DNA from: an uncultured Actinomycetes bacterium | GTDB taxonomy: Bacteria > Actinomycetota > Thermoleophilia > Gaiellales > JAICJC01 | DNA: 64,000 nucleotides | Direction: 5' to 3' | Assembly (NCBI GenBank): GCA_963809205.1 | Contig: CAWEIS010000004.1 | Span: 87,001-151,000 of the forward strand | In this document: positions 20,593 through 29,890 of the stretch, piece by piece | Layout of the letters: every line of letters starts with the position of its first letter | Numbering within the stretch: the stretch's first letter is position 1 | The notes under the pieces: model-generated | The model's input: the letters and a program-made list of their open reading frames with translations, nothing else | What the model was told of the DNA's origin: nothing | The model's database searches: none | Position numbers and translations under genes: made by a program

Positions 20593-20664
20593 ACCTTTTG
20601 TCCCCCTCGCGTCAACCCGTCTCGTCGCAGCCATTGTACGGCCCCTGAACGGAAGGAGCATTCC

Positions 20665-21561
20665 GTGACCCTCGGATACACCGATCCGCTGATGATCCTG
20701 GCGTTCGACCACCGCGGCTCGTTCCAGTCGAAGCTGATGGGCATCGCCGGTACGCCCACGGCCGAGGAGACGGCCCGGGTGATCGCCGCCAAGCGGGTGA
20801 TCTTCGAGGGGTTCGAGCGGGCGCTGGCCGGCGGCCCGATCGACGGCGCCGGCGTGCTGGTCGACGAGCAGTACGCCGCGGACGTCGCCCGCGCCGCCCG
20901 CGAGCGCGGCATGCCGTTCGCGATGCCTGTCGAGAAGAGCGGCCAGGACGAGTTCGACTTCGAGTTCGGCGAGCGGTTCGGCGACCACATCCGCGAGTTC
21001 TCGCCCACGTTCGCGAAGGTGCTCGTCCGCTACAACCCGGGCGGCGACCGGGAGATGAACGCCCGTCAGGCGGAGCGGCTCGCTCGGCTGTCGCGCTGGC
21101 TGCGAGACGACGATCGCAAGTTCCTGTTCGAGCTGCTGGTGCCGGCCGAGCCCGCGCAGCTCACGGAGGTCGGCGGCGACGCCGACCGCTACGACCGCGA
21201 GGTGCGGCCGGGGCTGATGATCGAGGCGATCGGCGAGCTGCACGCGGCGGGCATCGAGCCGGACATCTGGAAGATCGAGGGCCTGGACGCGCGCGAGGAC
21301 TGCGAGCGCGTCGCCGAGGCGACCCGCATCGGCGGCCGCGACCAGGTCACGTGCGTCGTGCTGGGGCGCGGCGGGGATGAGGCGAAGGTCGTCCACTGGC
21401 TCCAGACCGGCGCCGGCGTTCCGGGCTACATCGGCTTCGCCGTCGGCCGCACGATCTGGTGGGACGCGCTCAAGCGGTGGCTCGACGACGGCGACGCGGA
21501 CGCGGCCGCCGAGCAGATCGCCGGGATCTATCTCCGGCTGGTCGCCGCCTACCGCGACTAG
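20665..21561 (+). CDS. DUF2090-family protein (class I aldolase-like domain also found fused to IolC kinases)
   Basis: GTG 20665 follows GGAAGGAG. 298 aa reading [21 protein letters not shown]...[11 protein letters not shown]...IWKIEGLD...[13 protein letters not shown]. Family assignment is from memory of DUF2090/IolC C-terminal sequences. Confidence 0.5.
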   Translation: MTLGYTDPLMILAFDHRGSFQSKLMGIAGTPTAEETARVIAAKRVIFEGFERALAGGPIDGAGVLVDEQYAADVARAARERGMPFAMPVEKSGQDEFDFEFGERFGDHIREFSPTFAKVLVRYNPGGDREMNARQAERLARLSRWLRDDDRKFLFELLVPAEPAQLTEVGGDADRYDREVRPGLMIEAIGELHAAGIEPDIWKIEGLDAREDCERVAEATRIGGRDQVTCVVLGRGGDEAKVVHWLQTGAGVPGYIGFAVGRTIWWDALKRWLDDGDADAAAEQIAGIYLRLVAAYRD

Positions 21562-22503
21562 CGGGAGGCCGCGAGCTCGCGGCCGGCGCGCTCGAGGTCG
21601 CCGCACTCGAGCACCTCGGCGCCCAGCCGCCCGGCGGATAGGCGCACCTGTCCCCCCACCGCGACGGCCGGAACGCCCGCCGCCCAGGCACGGGCGACCG
21701 TCTCGGCGACGGCCTTGCCGTGCAGCGTCTGCTCGTCGATCCGGCCCTCGGCGGTGATGCACAGGCCGGCGCCGGCCAGCCGGTCGGTCGAGCCCCACCT
21801 CGTCCGCGATCAGCGCCGCGCCCGGCACGGCTCGCGCGCCCAGCTCCATCAACATCCCGCCGATGCCGCCACCGGCTCCGGCGCCGGGGCGACCGGCAGA
21901 GGCCAGGCCGAGCGCGGCCAGCCGCCGCTCCAGCTCCGCGACCTGCTCGGGGTTCGCGCCCTTCTGCGGCCCGTACGTCGCCGCCGCGCCGTGGGGGCCC
22001 AGCAGCGGGTTGTCGACATCCAGCGCGGCCACCAGGTCGACACCCGCCGGCACGTCGCCGAGCGCGTCGCGCAGGCCGGCGCCGCCGTCGGTCGTCGCCG
22101 TGCCGCCGACGCCGACCACCACCCGACGCGCGCCGGAGTCGATCGCGGCGCGGATCAGCTCGCCGGCGCCGTCGGACCGCGCGCCCAGCGGATCCAGCGG
22201 AACGCCGGCCAGCCGCCACAGCCCGCAGGCCTCGGCGACGTCCAGCGCCGCGCTGCCGTCGGCGAGCACCGCGAACCGGGCGCCGCACGGCCGGCCGAGC
22301 GCGTCGTGGGCGGCGGCCCCGCGCCAGTCACCGCCGCGTGCGGCCAGCAGCGCCGCAGCAGTGCCCTCGCCGCCGTCGGCCATCGGCACCAGCACCAGGT
22401 CGTCGCCGGGGCGCACGCTGCGCCATCCGGCGGCCAGAGCCTCTGCCGCCTCCGGCGCCGAGTACGTCCCCTTGAGCTTGTCGGGGGCGATCACGACCCG
22501 CAT
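21558..22503 (-). CDS. glxK: Glycerate kinase, interrupted by a +1 frameshift as assembled
   Basis: N-terminus [27 protein letters not shown]...PMADGGEGT...[14 protein letters not shown]...[13 protein letters not shown]. After ...ADEVGLD the conserved tail ([45 protein letters not shown]...) continues in the next frame, with the break near 21783-21790. Span is 946 nt = 3n+1. The stop overlaps the convergent DUF2090 stop. Confidence 0.75.
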
Positions 22504-22510
22504 CCGCGGC

Positions 22511-23527
22511 TCAGTCTACGGCCGGGTCGCGGCCGACCGCGCGCGACGCCGTCGCCTTCCACGACGCGACGATCGGCTGGCCGGGGCGGATCGCGAGCCG
22601 CTCGGCGGACTCCGCCGTCACCTCGGCGGTGATCCCGGAGTCGAGCACCACGCGCACCCGGCCGCCCAGCGGGACGACCCGCGCCACCGAGCCTTTCAGG
22701 TGGTTCAGCGCCGAATCGTCGGCGACCTCCCGTGCCAGCGTGATGTCCCATGGGGCGATCAGCACCGACACGCGGCCCGCGACCGGGTCGGCGATCCGCA
22801 CCTCGCCCCCTGAGTCGAGCACCACCCGGGTGCCCTGGGCTTCGCCCTGCAGCGCGTTGGCACCGGCGAAGGTGGCGACGAACGGCGTGGCCGGCGACGC
22901 CACCAGCTCGGCCGGCGACGCGTCCTGCGTGACAACGCCACGCTCGATCACGACCACACGATCGGCCAACGAAGCCGCATCCTCGAACGAATGGGTAACC
23001 ACCAGCGCCGGCAGGCCCGACTCGCGGAGCGTCGACGCAAGCTCGGCGGCGACGGCGCCCCGGGTCGCCGGGTCGAGCGCCGACAGCGGCTCGTCGAGCA
23101 GCAGCAGCTCGGGGCTTCGCGCCAGCGCCCGCGCAAGGGCCACCCGCTGGCGCTCTCCGCCGGACAGCAGGCGCGGCTTCGCGGCGGCCAGGTGGGCGAT
23201 GCCGATCCGCCCGAGCAGCGCGTCGACGTCCACGCCGCGAGCGCCGTAGGCCACGTTGGCGCGCACGGTCATGTGCGGGAACAGCGCGTAGTCCTGGAAG
23301 ACGAACCCCACCGGGCGCCTCTCGACCGGCAGGTCGACGCCGCCGCCGAACCAGACCCGGCCGTGGCACTCGACCGTGCCCGACGCCGGGGTGACGAGCC
23401 CCGCGATCAGCCGCAGCAGGGTCGACTTGCCGGCGCCCGAGGGGCCGGCGATCGCCACCGGACGGTCGGCGTCCAGCTGCACCTGAAACGTGAACTGGCG
23501 CAGCGGCAGGATCAGATCGGCGTGAAG
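22511..23527 (-). CDS. modC: Molybdate ABC transporter ATP-binding protein ModC (with C-terminal TOBE domain); start codon unresolved
   Basis: [44 protein letters not shown], and a TOBE-like tail (...[14 protein letters not shown]...VRVVLDSG). No ATG, GTG or TTG lies in frame between the modB overlap and the P-loop except GTG 23482, which is too close. The 5' coordinate given is where similarity begins (LHADLILPL). Confidence 0.8.
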   Translation of the reverse strand, partial: LHADLILPLRQFTFQVQLDADRPVAIAGPSGAGKSTLLRLIAGLVTPASGTVECHGRVWFGGGVDLPVERRPVGFVFQDYALFPHMTVRANVAYGARGVDVDALLGRIGIAHLAAAKPRLLSGGERQRVALARALARSPELLLLDEPLSALDPATRGAVAAELASTLRESGLPALVVTHSFEDAASLADRVVVIERGVVTQDASPAELVASPATPFVATFAGANALQGEAQGTRVVLDSGGEVRIADPVAGRVSVLIAPWDITLAREVADDSALNHLKGSVARVVPLGGRVRVVLDSGITAEVTAESAERLAIRPGQPIVASWKATASRAVGRDPAVD

Positions 23528-24357
23528 CGCTGCGACCTCCCCCGCGACAGCAGCTTCACCGACAGCAGCACGCCGGCGCTGGCGGCGATCAGCACCGCCG
23601 CGGTCGCCAGGCCGGCGTCGAGGTTGTCCGCGAGGCCGACGTAGATCTCGATCGGGGCCGTGCGGGTGATCCCGGCGAGGCTGCCGGCGAAGATGATCGT
23701 GGCGCCGAACTCGCCGACCGCGCGCGCCCAGCCAAGCGCGGCGCCGGCGCTCAGCCCGGTGCGCGCGAGCGGCACCGCCACCCGCCAGAACGTGCGGGCC
23801 GAGCCGGCGCCCAGCGTGCGCGACGCGTCCAGCAGCGTGCGATCGACTGCCTCGAACGCCGAGATCGCCTGCCGCACATAGAGCGGCGACGCGACGAACG
23901 TCATCGCCATCACCACCGCCAGCTTGGTGAACGGGATCTGCAGCCCGAGCGCATTCAGCTCCTCGCCGAGCAGGCCCTTGCGCCCGAACGCCATCAGCAG
24001 GCCCAGCCCGGCCACCGCCGGCGGCAGCACCAGCGGCAGCTCGAAGGCCGTCACCACCAGCGTCCGGCCGCGAAACTCGCGCGTGGCCAGGAGATGCGCG
24101 ATCGGGGTGCCGAACACGACCATGATCGCCAGCGACACCAGGCTGGTCTGCAGCGACAGCCACAGCGACTGGCGGGCCTCCTCGGATCGAAGACCCGCCA
24201 TCAGGTCGCCGTGGACGAAGATCGCCACCAGCGGCAGCATCAGGAAGAACAGCGCGATCGCGGCCGCGCCGGCGCCGATCAGCTCGAAGGCGCCGGTCCG
24301 AAGCCGAAGTTTTGGAGCACCTGCTGGCCGTCCGAGCTCATCACCAGATCGATCCAC
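23512..24357 (-). CDS. modB: Molybdate ABC transporter permease ModB
   Basis: 281 aa, multi-span, with the permease loop DASRTLGAGSARTFWRVAVPLA. ATG 24357 would overlap the repaired modA reading frame by 79 nt, so the true start is uncertain. Confidence 0.82.
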   Translation of the reverse strand: MDRSGDELGRPAGAPKLRLRTGAFELIGAGAAAIALFFLMLPLVAIFVHGDLMAGLRSEEARQSLWLSLQTSLVSLAIMVVFGTPIAHLLATREFRGRTLVVTAFELPLVLPPAVAGLGLLMAFGRKGLLGEELNALGLQIPFTKLAVVMAMTFVASPLYVRQAISAFEAVDRTLLDASRTLGAGSARTFWRVAVPLARTGLSAGAALGWARAVGEFGATIIFAGSLAGITRTAPIEIYVGLADNLDAGLATAAVLIAASAGVLLSVKLLSRGRSQRFTPI

Positions 24358-25066
24358 CGCTGCGCCGCCTCCTGGTTCTTCGAGTCGGTGAGGATACCGA
24401 TGGGATAGGTGGCGGTGGCGTTCGCACGGCGGGCAGCTCGATCGACTTGACCTTGTCGCCGGCCGCCTGGGCGTCCGTCACGTAGACGAACCCGGCGTCG
24501 GCCTCGCCCAGCGACACCTTGGCGGAGATGTCCGTGACCTTCTGCTCCTGGCTGACGATGTTCAGGTCGTCGATGTTGATGCCCAGGCCGTCCAGCACGT
24601 CACGCGTGTAGGAGCCGATCGGCACGCTCTCGTCGCCGATCACGAGCTTGGCGTTGTCCTTGGTCAGGTCGTTCACGGACTTGATGTTCGCCGGGTTGTC
24701 TGCGGGGACGATCAGCACCAGCGTGTTCGTCGCGAAGTTCGTCGTGTCGCCCAGCAGGTTCTCGCCCTGCAGCTGCTCGGGGTACTTGGTGCTGGCTGCC
24801 GCGTAGACGTCTGCAGGCACGCCCTGCTCGATCTGCGCGGCCAGGATGTCCGAGCCGTCGTAGTTGAGGCGCACCGTCCAGCCAGGATTCTGCTGCTCGT
24901 ACGTCTTGCCAAGCGCGTCGAACGCGTTGGTCAGCGACGCCGCTGCGAACACGTTGAGGCTGCCGCCGCTCGATGCGGCCGACGACCCGCCGCTGCTCGA
25001 ACCGGAGCTGCCGCCGCATCCCGCTGCGACCAGCACCATCGCCACCAACAACAAGAGCCTTCGCAT
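24279..25066 (-). CDS. modA: Molybdate-binding lipoprotein ModA, interrupted by a -1 frameshift as assembled
   Basis: MRRLLLLVAMVLVAAGCGG is a signal peptide plus lipobox. It continues LNVFAAASLTNAFDALGKTYE...GFVYVTDAQAAGDKVKSIELPA, then the tail (ANATATYPIGILTDSKNQEAAQRWIDLVMSSDGQQVLQNFGFGPAPSS*) continues in another frame, with the break near 24421-24430. Span is 788 nt = 3n+2. Confidence 0.82.
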
Positions 25067-25105
25067 CCAGCCGTCTCCCTTCCGCTCCGCCTTGGAGCGG
25101 CAACG

Positions 25106-25127
25106 CTATGTCATGAGGATCGCATAG
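25106..25127. promoter_or_regulatory. Inverted repeat CTATG-N12-CATAG in the modA/mop divergent intergenic region (candidate molybdate-responsive operator)
   Basis: CTATG (25106-25110) and CATAG (25123-25127) lie in the 143-bp gap between the divergent modABC and mop-acs units. The ATA/TAT-containing arms are reminiscent of ModE-type sites. No ModE gene is present in the window. Confidence 0.3.
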
Positions 25128-25209
25128 TCAACGCATGACTACCTGACCTTCCACACCTACCCGACGTTGGGATAGGGTCCGCCGCGTCCCGAACCGAAGG
25201 AGCAGATCC

Positions 25210-25419
25210 ATGCGCCTGAGCGCACGAAATCAGCTGGCCGCGACCGTCCAGGGCGTCAACCGCGGAGAGGCGATCGCCAACGTCATCCTCGACTGCAACG
25301 GCCAGCGGCTGGTCGCGTCGATCACCAAGGAGGCCGCGGACGAGTTGGGGCTCGCCGAGGGCAGGCAGGTGACCGTGATCGTCAAGGCCTCAGACGTGAT
25401 GATCGCCGTCGACGACTGA
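25210..25419 (+). CDS. mop: Molybdenum-pterin-binding protein Mop (single TOBE domain)
   Basis: 69 aa reading MRLSARNQLAATVQGVNRGEAIANVILD...GRQVTVIVKASDVMIAV, a canonical Mop/TOBE sequence. AGGAG lies upstream. Confidence 0.88.
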   Translation: MRLSARNQLAATVQGVNRGEAIANVILDCNGQRLVASITKEAADELGLAEGRQVTVIVKASDVMIAVDD

Positions 25420-27354
25420 GTGACCACCGCGAACCGCTGGATCTGGGAGCCGACGCCGGACGTCGTCGAGCACAGCCGTGCCGGCGGGTTCATGCGCGAG
25501 CAGGGGATCGACGGCTGGCGTGAGCTGGAGCGCCGCTCCCAGGACGACATCGGCTGGTTCTGGGACGCGGTCGTCCGCCACCTGGGGATCGAGTTCTCGA
25601 CCCCGTACGCGCGTGTGTACGACGACTCGCGCGGCCCGATGTGGACGACCTGGTTCGGCGGCGGCCGGATCAACCTGACGGCCAACTGCGTCGACCGCCA
25701 CGCCCAGGCGACCCCCGACCAGCTGGCCGTGATCGCCGAGCGCGAGGACGGCGAGGTGCGCACCGTCACCTACGCGGAGCTCGAGGCGCTGACCAACCGC
25801 CTGGCCAACGGGCTGCTCTCACGGGGCGTGTCGGCGGGTGATGCCGTCGGGCTGTTCCTGCCGATGGGCGTCGAGGTGGTCGCAGCGTTCTACGCCGTGT
25901 GCAAGATCGGCGCGATCGCCGTGCCCATCTTCTCCGGCTTCGGCGCCCCCGCCGTGGCCTCCCGGCTGGCCGACGCCGCCGCAGTAGCCCTGGTCACCTG
26001 CGACGCCGTTCCCCGCCGCGGCAAGCCTGTCGCCGTGAAGGCACTGGCCGACGAGGCGCTGTCCGCAGCTCCGGCGGTGCACACGGTGATCGTCCACGAC
26101 CGCCTGGGCACCGAGCCGCCGATGCAGGCCGGTCGCGACCTGGCGTGGGCGGAGGCGGTCGACCGCCAGAGTCGCGAACTGGATGCGCCGGCGCTCGACC
26201 CCGAGACCCCGATGATGGTCATCTACACGTCGGGGACGACCGGCCGGCCGAAGGGCGCCGTCCACGTGCACGGCGGGTTCCTGGTCAAGATCGCGCAGGA
26301 GTGCGCGTTCCAGACCGACGTCCACGCCGGCGACCGGTTCACCTGGATGACCGACATGGGCTGGATCATGGGGCCGAAGATCGTGGTCGGCGCGGGGGCG
26401 CTGGGCGCCACCCTGGTGCTGTCGGAGGGCGCCCCGGACTACCCCGGCCCCGGCCGGATGTGGGAGCTGGTCGAGCGGCACCAGATCAGCGTGCTGGGCG
26501 TGTCGCCAACGCTGATCCGCGCGCTGCGCTCGCACGGCGATGAGCCAGTGACGGCACACGACCGCTCGTCGCTGCGGATCCTGGCGTCGACCGGTGAGCC
26601 GTGGAACCCCGAGCCCTACCGCTGGCTGTTCGAGGTCGGCGGCGAGGGCCGCTGCCCGATCATCAATCTGTCAGGCGGCACCGAGGTCGGCGCCTGCTTC
26701 CTCTCGCCGATGCCGGTGATGCCGCTCAAGGAGTGCACGCTGGGTGCGCCGTCGCTGGGCATGGCGATGGACGTGCTCGGCCCCGACGGCGAGCCGGTGC
26801 CGGCCGGCGAGGTCGGCGAGCTGGTCTGCCGCAAGCCGTGGCCGTCGATGACCCGGGGCATCTGGGGCGATCCGCAGCGGTTCCTGGACACGTACTGGTC
26901 GCGCTGGCCGAACGTGTGGGTGCACGGCGACTGGGCGTCGGTCGACGAGGACGGCTACTGGTACCTGCACGGCCGCTCGGACGACACGCTGAACATCGCC
27001 GGCAAGCGGATCGGCCCGGCGGAGTTCGAGTCCGCGGCGGTCGGCCACCCGGCCGTCGCCGAGGCGTGCGCGATCGGCGTCCCCGATGACGTGAAGGGCG
27101 AGGTCTGCTGGATCTACCTGGTCGCCCGCCACGGCGCCGACGCGACGGATGAGACGCTGGCCGAGGTGCGCGCACAGGTCAGCCACGAGCTGGGCAAGGC
27201 GTTCGCCCCGGCCAGGCTGGCCTGGGTGGAGGGCCTGCCGAAGACGCGCAGCGCGAAGATCGTCCGCCGCGCGGTGCGGGCCGCGGCGCTGGGCGAGGAT
27301 CCGGGCGACCTCTCGTCGCTGGAGAACCCGCAGGTGCTCGACGGCTTCAGGTGA
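25420..27354 (+). CDS. AMP-forming acyl-/acetyl-CoA synthetase family enzyme
   Basis: 644 aa with YTSGTTGRPKG, the hinge GRSDDTLNIAGKRIG, a C-terminal PKTRSAKIVRR, and an ACS-like N-terminal extension. GTG 25420 directly follows the mop stop. Substrate is not assignable from sequence. Confidence 0.8.
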   Translation: MTTANRWIWEPTPDVVEHSRAGGFMREQGIDGWRELERRSQDDIGWFWDAVVRHLGIEFSTPYARVYDDSRGPMWTTWFGGGRINLTANCVDRHAQATPDQLAVIAEREDGEVRTVTYAELEALTNRLANGLLSRGVSAGDAVGLFLPMGVEVVAAFYAVCKIGAIAVPIFSGFGAPAVASRLADAAAVALVTCDAVPRRGKPVAVKALADEALSAAPAVHTVIVHDRLGTEPPMQAGRDLAWAEAVDRQSRELDAPALDPETPMMVIYTSGTTGRPKGAVHVHGGFLVKIAQECAFQTDVHAGDRFTWMTDMGWIMGPKIVVGAGALGATLVLSEGAPDYPGPGRMWELVERHQISVLGVSPTLIRALRSHGDEPVTAHDRSSLRILASTGEPWNPEPYRWLFEVGGEGRCPIINLSGGTEVGACFLSPMPVMPLKECTLGAPSLGMAMDVLGPDGEPVPAGEVGELVCRKPWPSMTRGIWGDPQRFLDTYWSRWPNVWVHGDWASVDEDGYWYLHGRSDDTLNIAGKRIGPAEFESAAVGHPAVAEACAIGVPDDVKGEVCWIYLVARHGADATDETLAEVRAQVSHELGKAFAPARLAWVEGLPKTRSAKIVRRAVRAAALGEDPGDLSSLENPQVLDGFR

Positions 27355-27405
27355 GAAACCCCAAGTAAACGCCCCGCTCGGAACTCCGCTTGTAGGGTCG
27401 CCCGC

Positions 27406-28182
27406 ATGCACGTGCTCGGCGCCTTCATCGCGGGCCTGCTCGTCGCCACCGTGACGACGCCGGCCGGGGTCAGCGGCGCCGTGCTGCTGCTGCCGATCCA
27501 GGTCAGCGTGCTCGGGGTCCCGAGTCCCTCGGTCACGCCAACGAACCTGATCTTCAACCTCCTCGCAACTCCCAGCGGCGTGCTCCGCTATCGCCGCCTG
27601 CAACGCGGTTCGATCATCTCCCCTCTCGCTGTGCGGCTGCTGGCGGGAACCGTGCCGGGCGTGATCGTCGGCGCCGTCATCCGCGTCGAGTGGCTGTCGG
27701 GCCAGCGGGCCTTCTATCTCGCAGCCGCGGCAGTGCTCGCGACGCTGGGAGCGATGCTCGTGCTCCGACAGCCCGCGCCGGCCGATCGACCGCTCCGACT
27801 CGCATTCGTCTCGCCGATCGCGGCGTGCGTCGGCGTCGTCGGCGGCATCTACGGTATCGGGGGTGGCTCGTTTCTCGCGCCGATCCTGATCCTTGGCGGC
27901 TACACGGCCTATGCCGTCGCGCCCGCCGCGCTGCTCTCGACGCTGGTCGCGTCGGTGGTCGGCGTCATCACCTTCGTGATTCTCGGCGTGAGCTCGAACG
28001 ACTCCAGCCAGATCACTCCGGACTGGGGCATCGGTATCGCCGCCGGCGCCGGGGGCATCATCGGCGCCTACCTCGGCGCCGGCCTGCAATCCCGCATCCC
28101 GGAACGGACGCTCCGGCAGCTGCTCGGCGGGCTCGCACTCCTGATCGCCGCGCGCTACCTCTATCTCGGCGTCGCCGCCTGA
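27406..28182 (+). CDS. TauE/SafE (TSUP) family anion exporter
   Basis: 258 aa with 7-8 hydrophobic helices and the paired motifs PAGVSGAVLLLP and GIGGGSFLAPIL typical of TSUP proteins. Confidence 0.75.
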   Translation: MHVLGAFIAGLLVATVTTPAGVSGAVLLLPIQVSVLGVPSPSVTPTNLIFNLLATPSGVLRYRRLQRGSIISPLAVRLLAGTVPGVIVGAVIRVEWLSGQRAFYLAAAAVLATLGAMLVLRQPAPADRPLRLAFVSPIAACVGVVGGIYGIGGGSFLAPILILGGYTAYAVAPAALLSTLVASVVGVITFVILGVSSNDSSQITPDWGIGIAAGAGGIIGAYLGAGLQSRIPERTLRQLLGGLALLIAARYLYLGVAA

Positions 28183-28185
28183 GTG

Positions 28186-28212
28186 AAAAAACGGGGTCAG
28201 ACCCCGTTTTTT
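28186..28212. terminator. Bidirectional rho-independent terminator
   Basis: AAAAAACGGGGTCAGACCCCGTTTTTT has stem ACGGGGT/ACCCCGT, loop CAG, and A6 and T6 flanks. It lies between the convergent TauE gene (ends 28182) and the 28212..29033 gene. Confidence 0.85.
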
Positions 28213-29033
28213 CAGCCGCCCGGGCTCATGTCGACCGGGACGTTGACCTCGCAGGTCGGCGAGCCGTCCTTGGCCGACGGCTCGAAGGCCGAGATGTGGC
28301 CCTCCTCCGGCGCATCGAGCAGCGGCAGGTTGACGTCCTTGGAGTACGGCTCGAGGGCGCTCGACGCGGTCTTCACCCGGGTCGACGTTGTGCCCTCGCC
28401 GGGCGCCCGGGCGAGGATCGTCATCGGCCCCGCCTCGAACAGCTGCGCCTTGCCGGAGACGGTGGTGATGCCGTTCAGCTTGGTGTAGGGCGCCGGCGCT
28501 GACACCGAGATGCACTTGTTCGTCAGCTTCGGCGTCGGCGTGCGGACGAGCACGATGCTGGCCTGTGCCCCGTCGGCGCCGGTGTCGGTGCGCGAGATCG
28601 CCGACGCCCAGGCCGTCGCCGTGATCGTCAGCGTCTGCGACGTCGCGTCCCAGCCCAGCTTCATCAGTAGCTGGTCGGCGTCCGTGCCGACCGCGTCCAG
28701 CTGGGACTGCGCGATCGTCACCGGCCGGTCGAAGGTGACGTCGTACTCACCGGTCGCCGAGCCCTTCGCCACGGTCGGCTTCGCCGCCTCACCGCCGGCG
28801 AACACCAGCGTGACGCCGTATCCCCACCCGCCGCCGTTGCTCGCGCCGGCCGACACCTCGACCGAGCCGAGCGTGACGGGCGGCGGATCGGAGCTGGCGG
28901 CGGTGCTCCCGCCGGACGACGATCCGGCGCTGTCGTCCCCGCTGCTCCGCCCGGCGAGGTACGCGAACGCCAGGCCGAGGGCGATCAGAACCACGGCTGC
29001 CACACCGAGGGAGATCTTCTGAGCGCGCGACAC
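28212..29033 (-). CDS. Membrane-anchored secreted protein with a C-terminal Gmad2-like Ig domain
   Basis: 273 aa with an N-terminal TM anchor (ISLGVAAVVLIALGLAFAYLA) and a Ser/Gly-rich linker. The C-terminal ...ISVSAPAPYTKLNGITTVSGKAQLFEAGPMTI...HISAFEPSAKDGS resembles Gmad2 immunoglobulin-like domains. Function unknown. Confidence 0.5.
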   Translation of the reverse strand: MSRAQKISLGVAAVVLIALGLAFAYLAGRSSGDDSAGSSSGGSTAASSDPPPVTLGSVEVSAGASNGGGWGYGVTLVFAGGEAAKPTVAKGSATGEYDVTFDRPVTIAQSQLDAVGTDADQLLMKLGWDATSQTLTITATAWASAISRTDTGADGAQASIVLVRTPTPKLTNKCISVSAPAPYTKLNGITTVSGKAQLFEAGPMTILARAPGEGTTSTRVKTASSALEPYSKDVNLPLLDAPEEGHISAFEPSAKDGSPTCEVNVPVDMSPGG

Positions 29034-29110
29034 CCAGCCCGATTCGGCAAACGCCGCACCGCTCCTGCCGTGCTAGCGTCTCGGGCGGTTTCCATCTGGG
29101 AGGACAAGCG

Positions 29111-29890
29111 GTGAGCGAAGGAATCCTCGACGGCAAGCTGGCGCTGGTTGCCGGTGTAGCCAACAAGCGGTCGATCGCGTGGGCGATCGCCCAGGCGATG
29201 GCGGGCGCGGGCGCGAAACTCGCGTTCACCTACCAGGGCGAGCGGCTCCAGGACGGCGTCCGCAAGCTCGCGGAGAGCGTCGGCTCGGACGTGGTCGTGG
29301 AGTGCGACGTCTCCAGCGACGAGAGCATCGCCCGGGCGATGGACGAGGTCGGCAACCGGATGGGCGGGCTGGACGTGATGGCCCACTCGATCGCATACGC
29401 GCCGGCCGCGACGTTCGAGGGCCGCTTCACCGACACGGCGCGAGCCGACTTCCACACCGCGCTCGACGTGTCCGCCTACTCGATGGTGGCGATGGCGCGG
29501 GCGGCCGAGCCGCTGATGCGCGCCCGCGGCGGCGGCTCGATGGTGACGCTCACGTACATGGCCAGCGAGCGGGCATTCCCCAAGTACAACGTGATGGCCG
29601 TGGCCAAGGCGGCGCTCGAGTGCTCCGTCCGCTACCTGGCGTACGAAATGGGCGACGGCGCGATCCGCGTCAACGCGATCTCCGCCGGCCCGGTGCGCAC
29701 GCTGGCCGCCAAGGGCATCCCCGGCTTCGCGGACATGGAGCAGGTGATCGAGCAGCGGGCGCCGCTGCGCCAGAACATCGACGCTTCCGACGTCGGCAAC
29801 GCGGCGCTCTACCTGTGCAGCCCGCTCGGCGCGATGGTCACCGGCACGACGCTGTATGTCGACTCCGGCTACCACTCGATGGGCATGTAA
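29111..29890 (+). CDS. fabI: Enoyl-[acyl-carrier-protein] reductase (NADH) FabI
   Basis: 259 aa reading LDGKLALVAGVANKRSIAWAIAQAM...YNVMAVAKAALECSVRYLA...IRVNAISAGPVRTLAA (Tyr-x6-Lys FabI signature). Confidence 0.9.
   Translation: MSEGILDGKLALVAGVANKRSIAWAIAQAMAGAGAKLAFTYQGERLQDGVRKLAESVGSDVVVECDVSSDESIARAMDEVGNRMGGLDVMAHSIAYAPAATFEGRFTDTARADFHTALDVSAYSMVAMARAAEPLMRARGGGSMVTLTYMASERAFPKYNVMAVAKAALECSVRYLAYEMGDGAIRVNAISAGPVRTLAAKGIPGFADMEQVIEQRAPLRQNIDASDVGNAALYLCSPLGAMVTGTTLYVDSGYHSMGM

Noticed and set aside
19522-22503. 993-aa ORF that looks like a giant multidomain protein
   Set aside because: It is a composite. The N-terminal 230 aa are glycerate kinase, up to its frameshift near 21786. 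The middle is Arg/Pro/Ala-rich read-through antisense to the DUF2090 gene. The last 356 aa are FbaB, with its own RBS and ATG at 20592.
25128-25209. Moco riboswitch in the mop 5' region
   Set aside because: I could not recognise the conserved Moco-motif helices or loops by eye. This is left as a check (Infernal) rather than a call.
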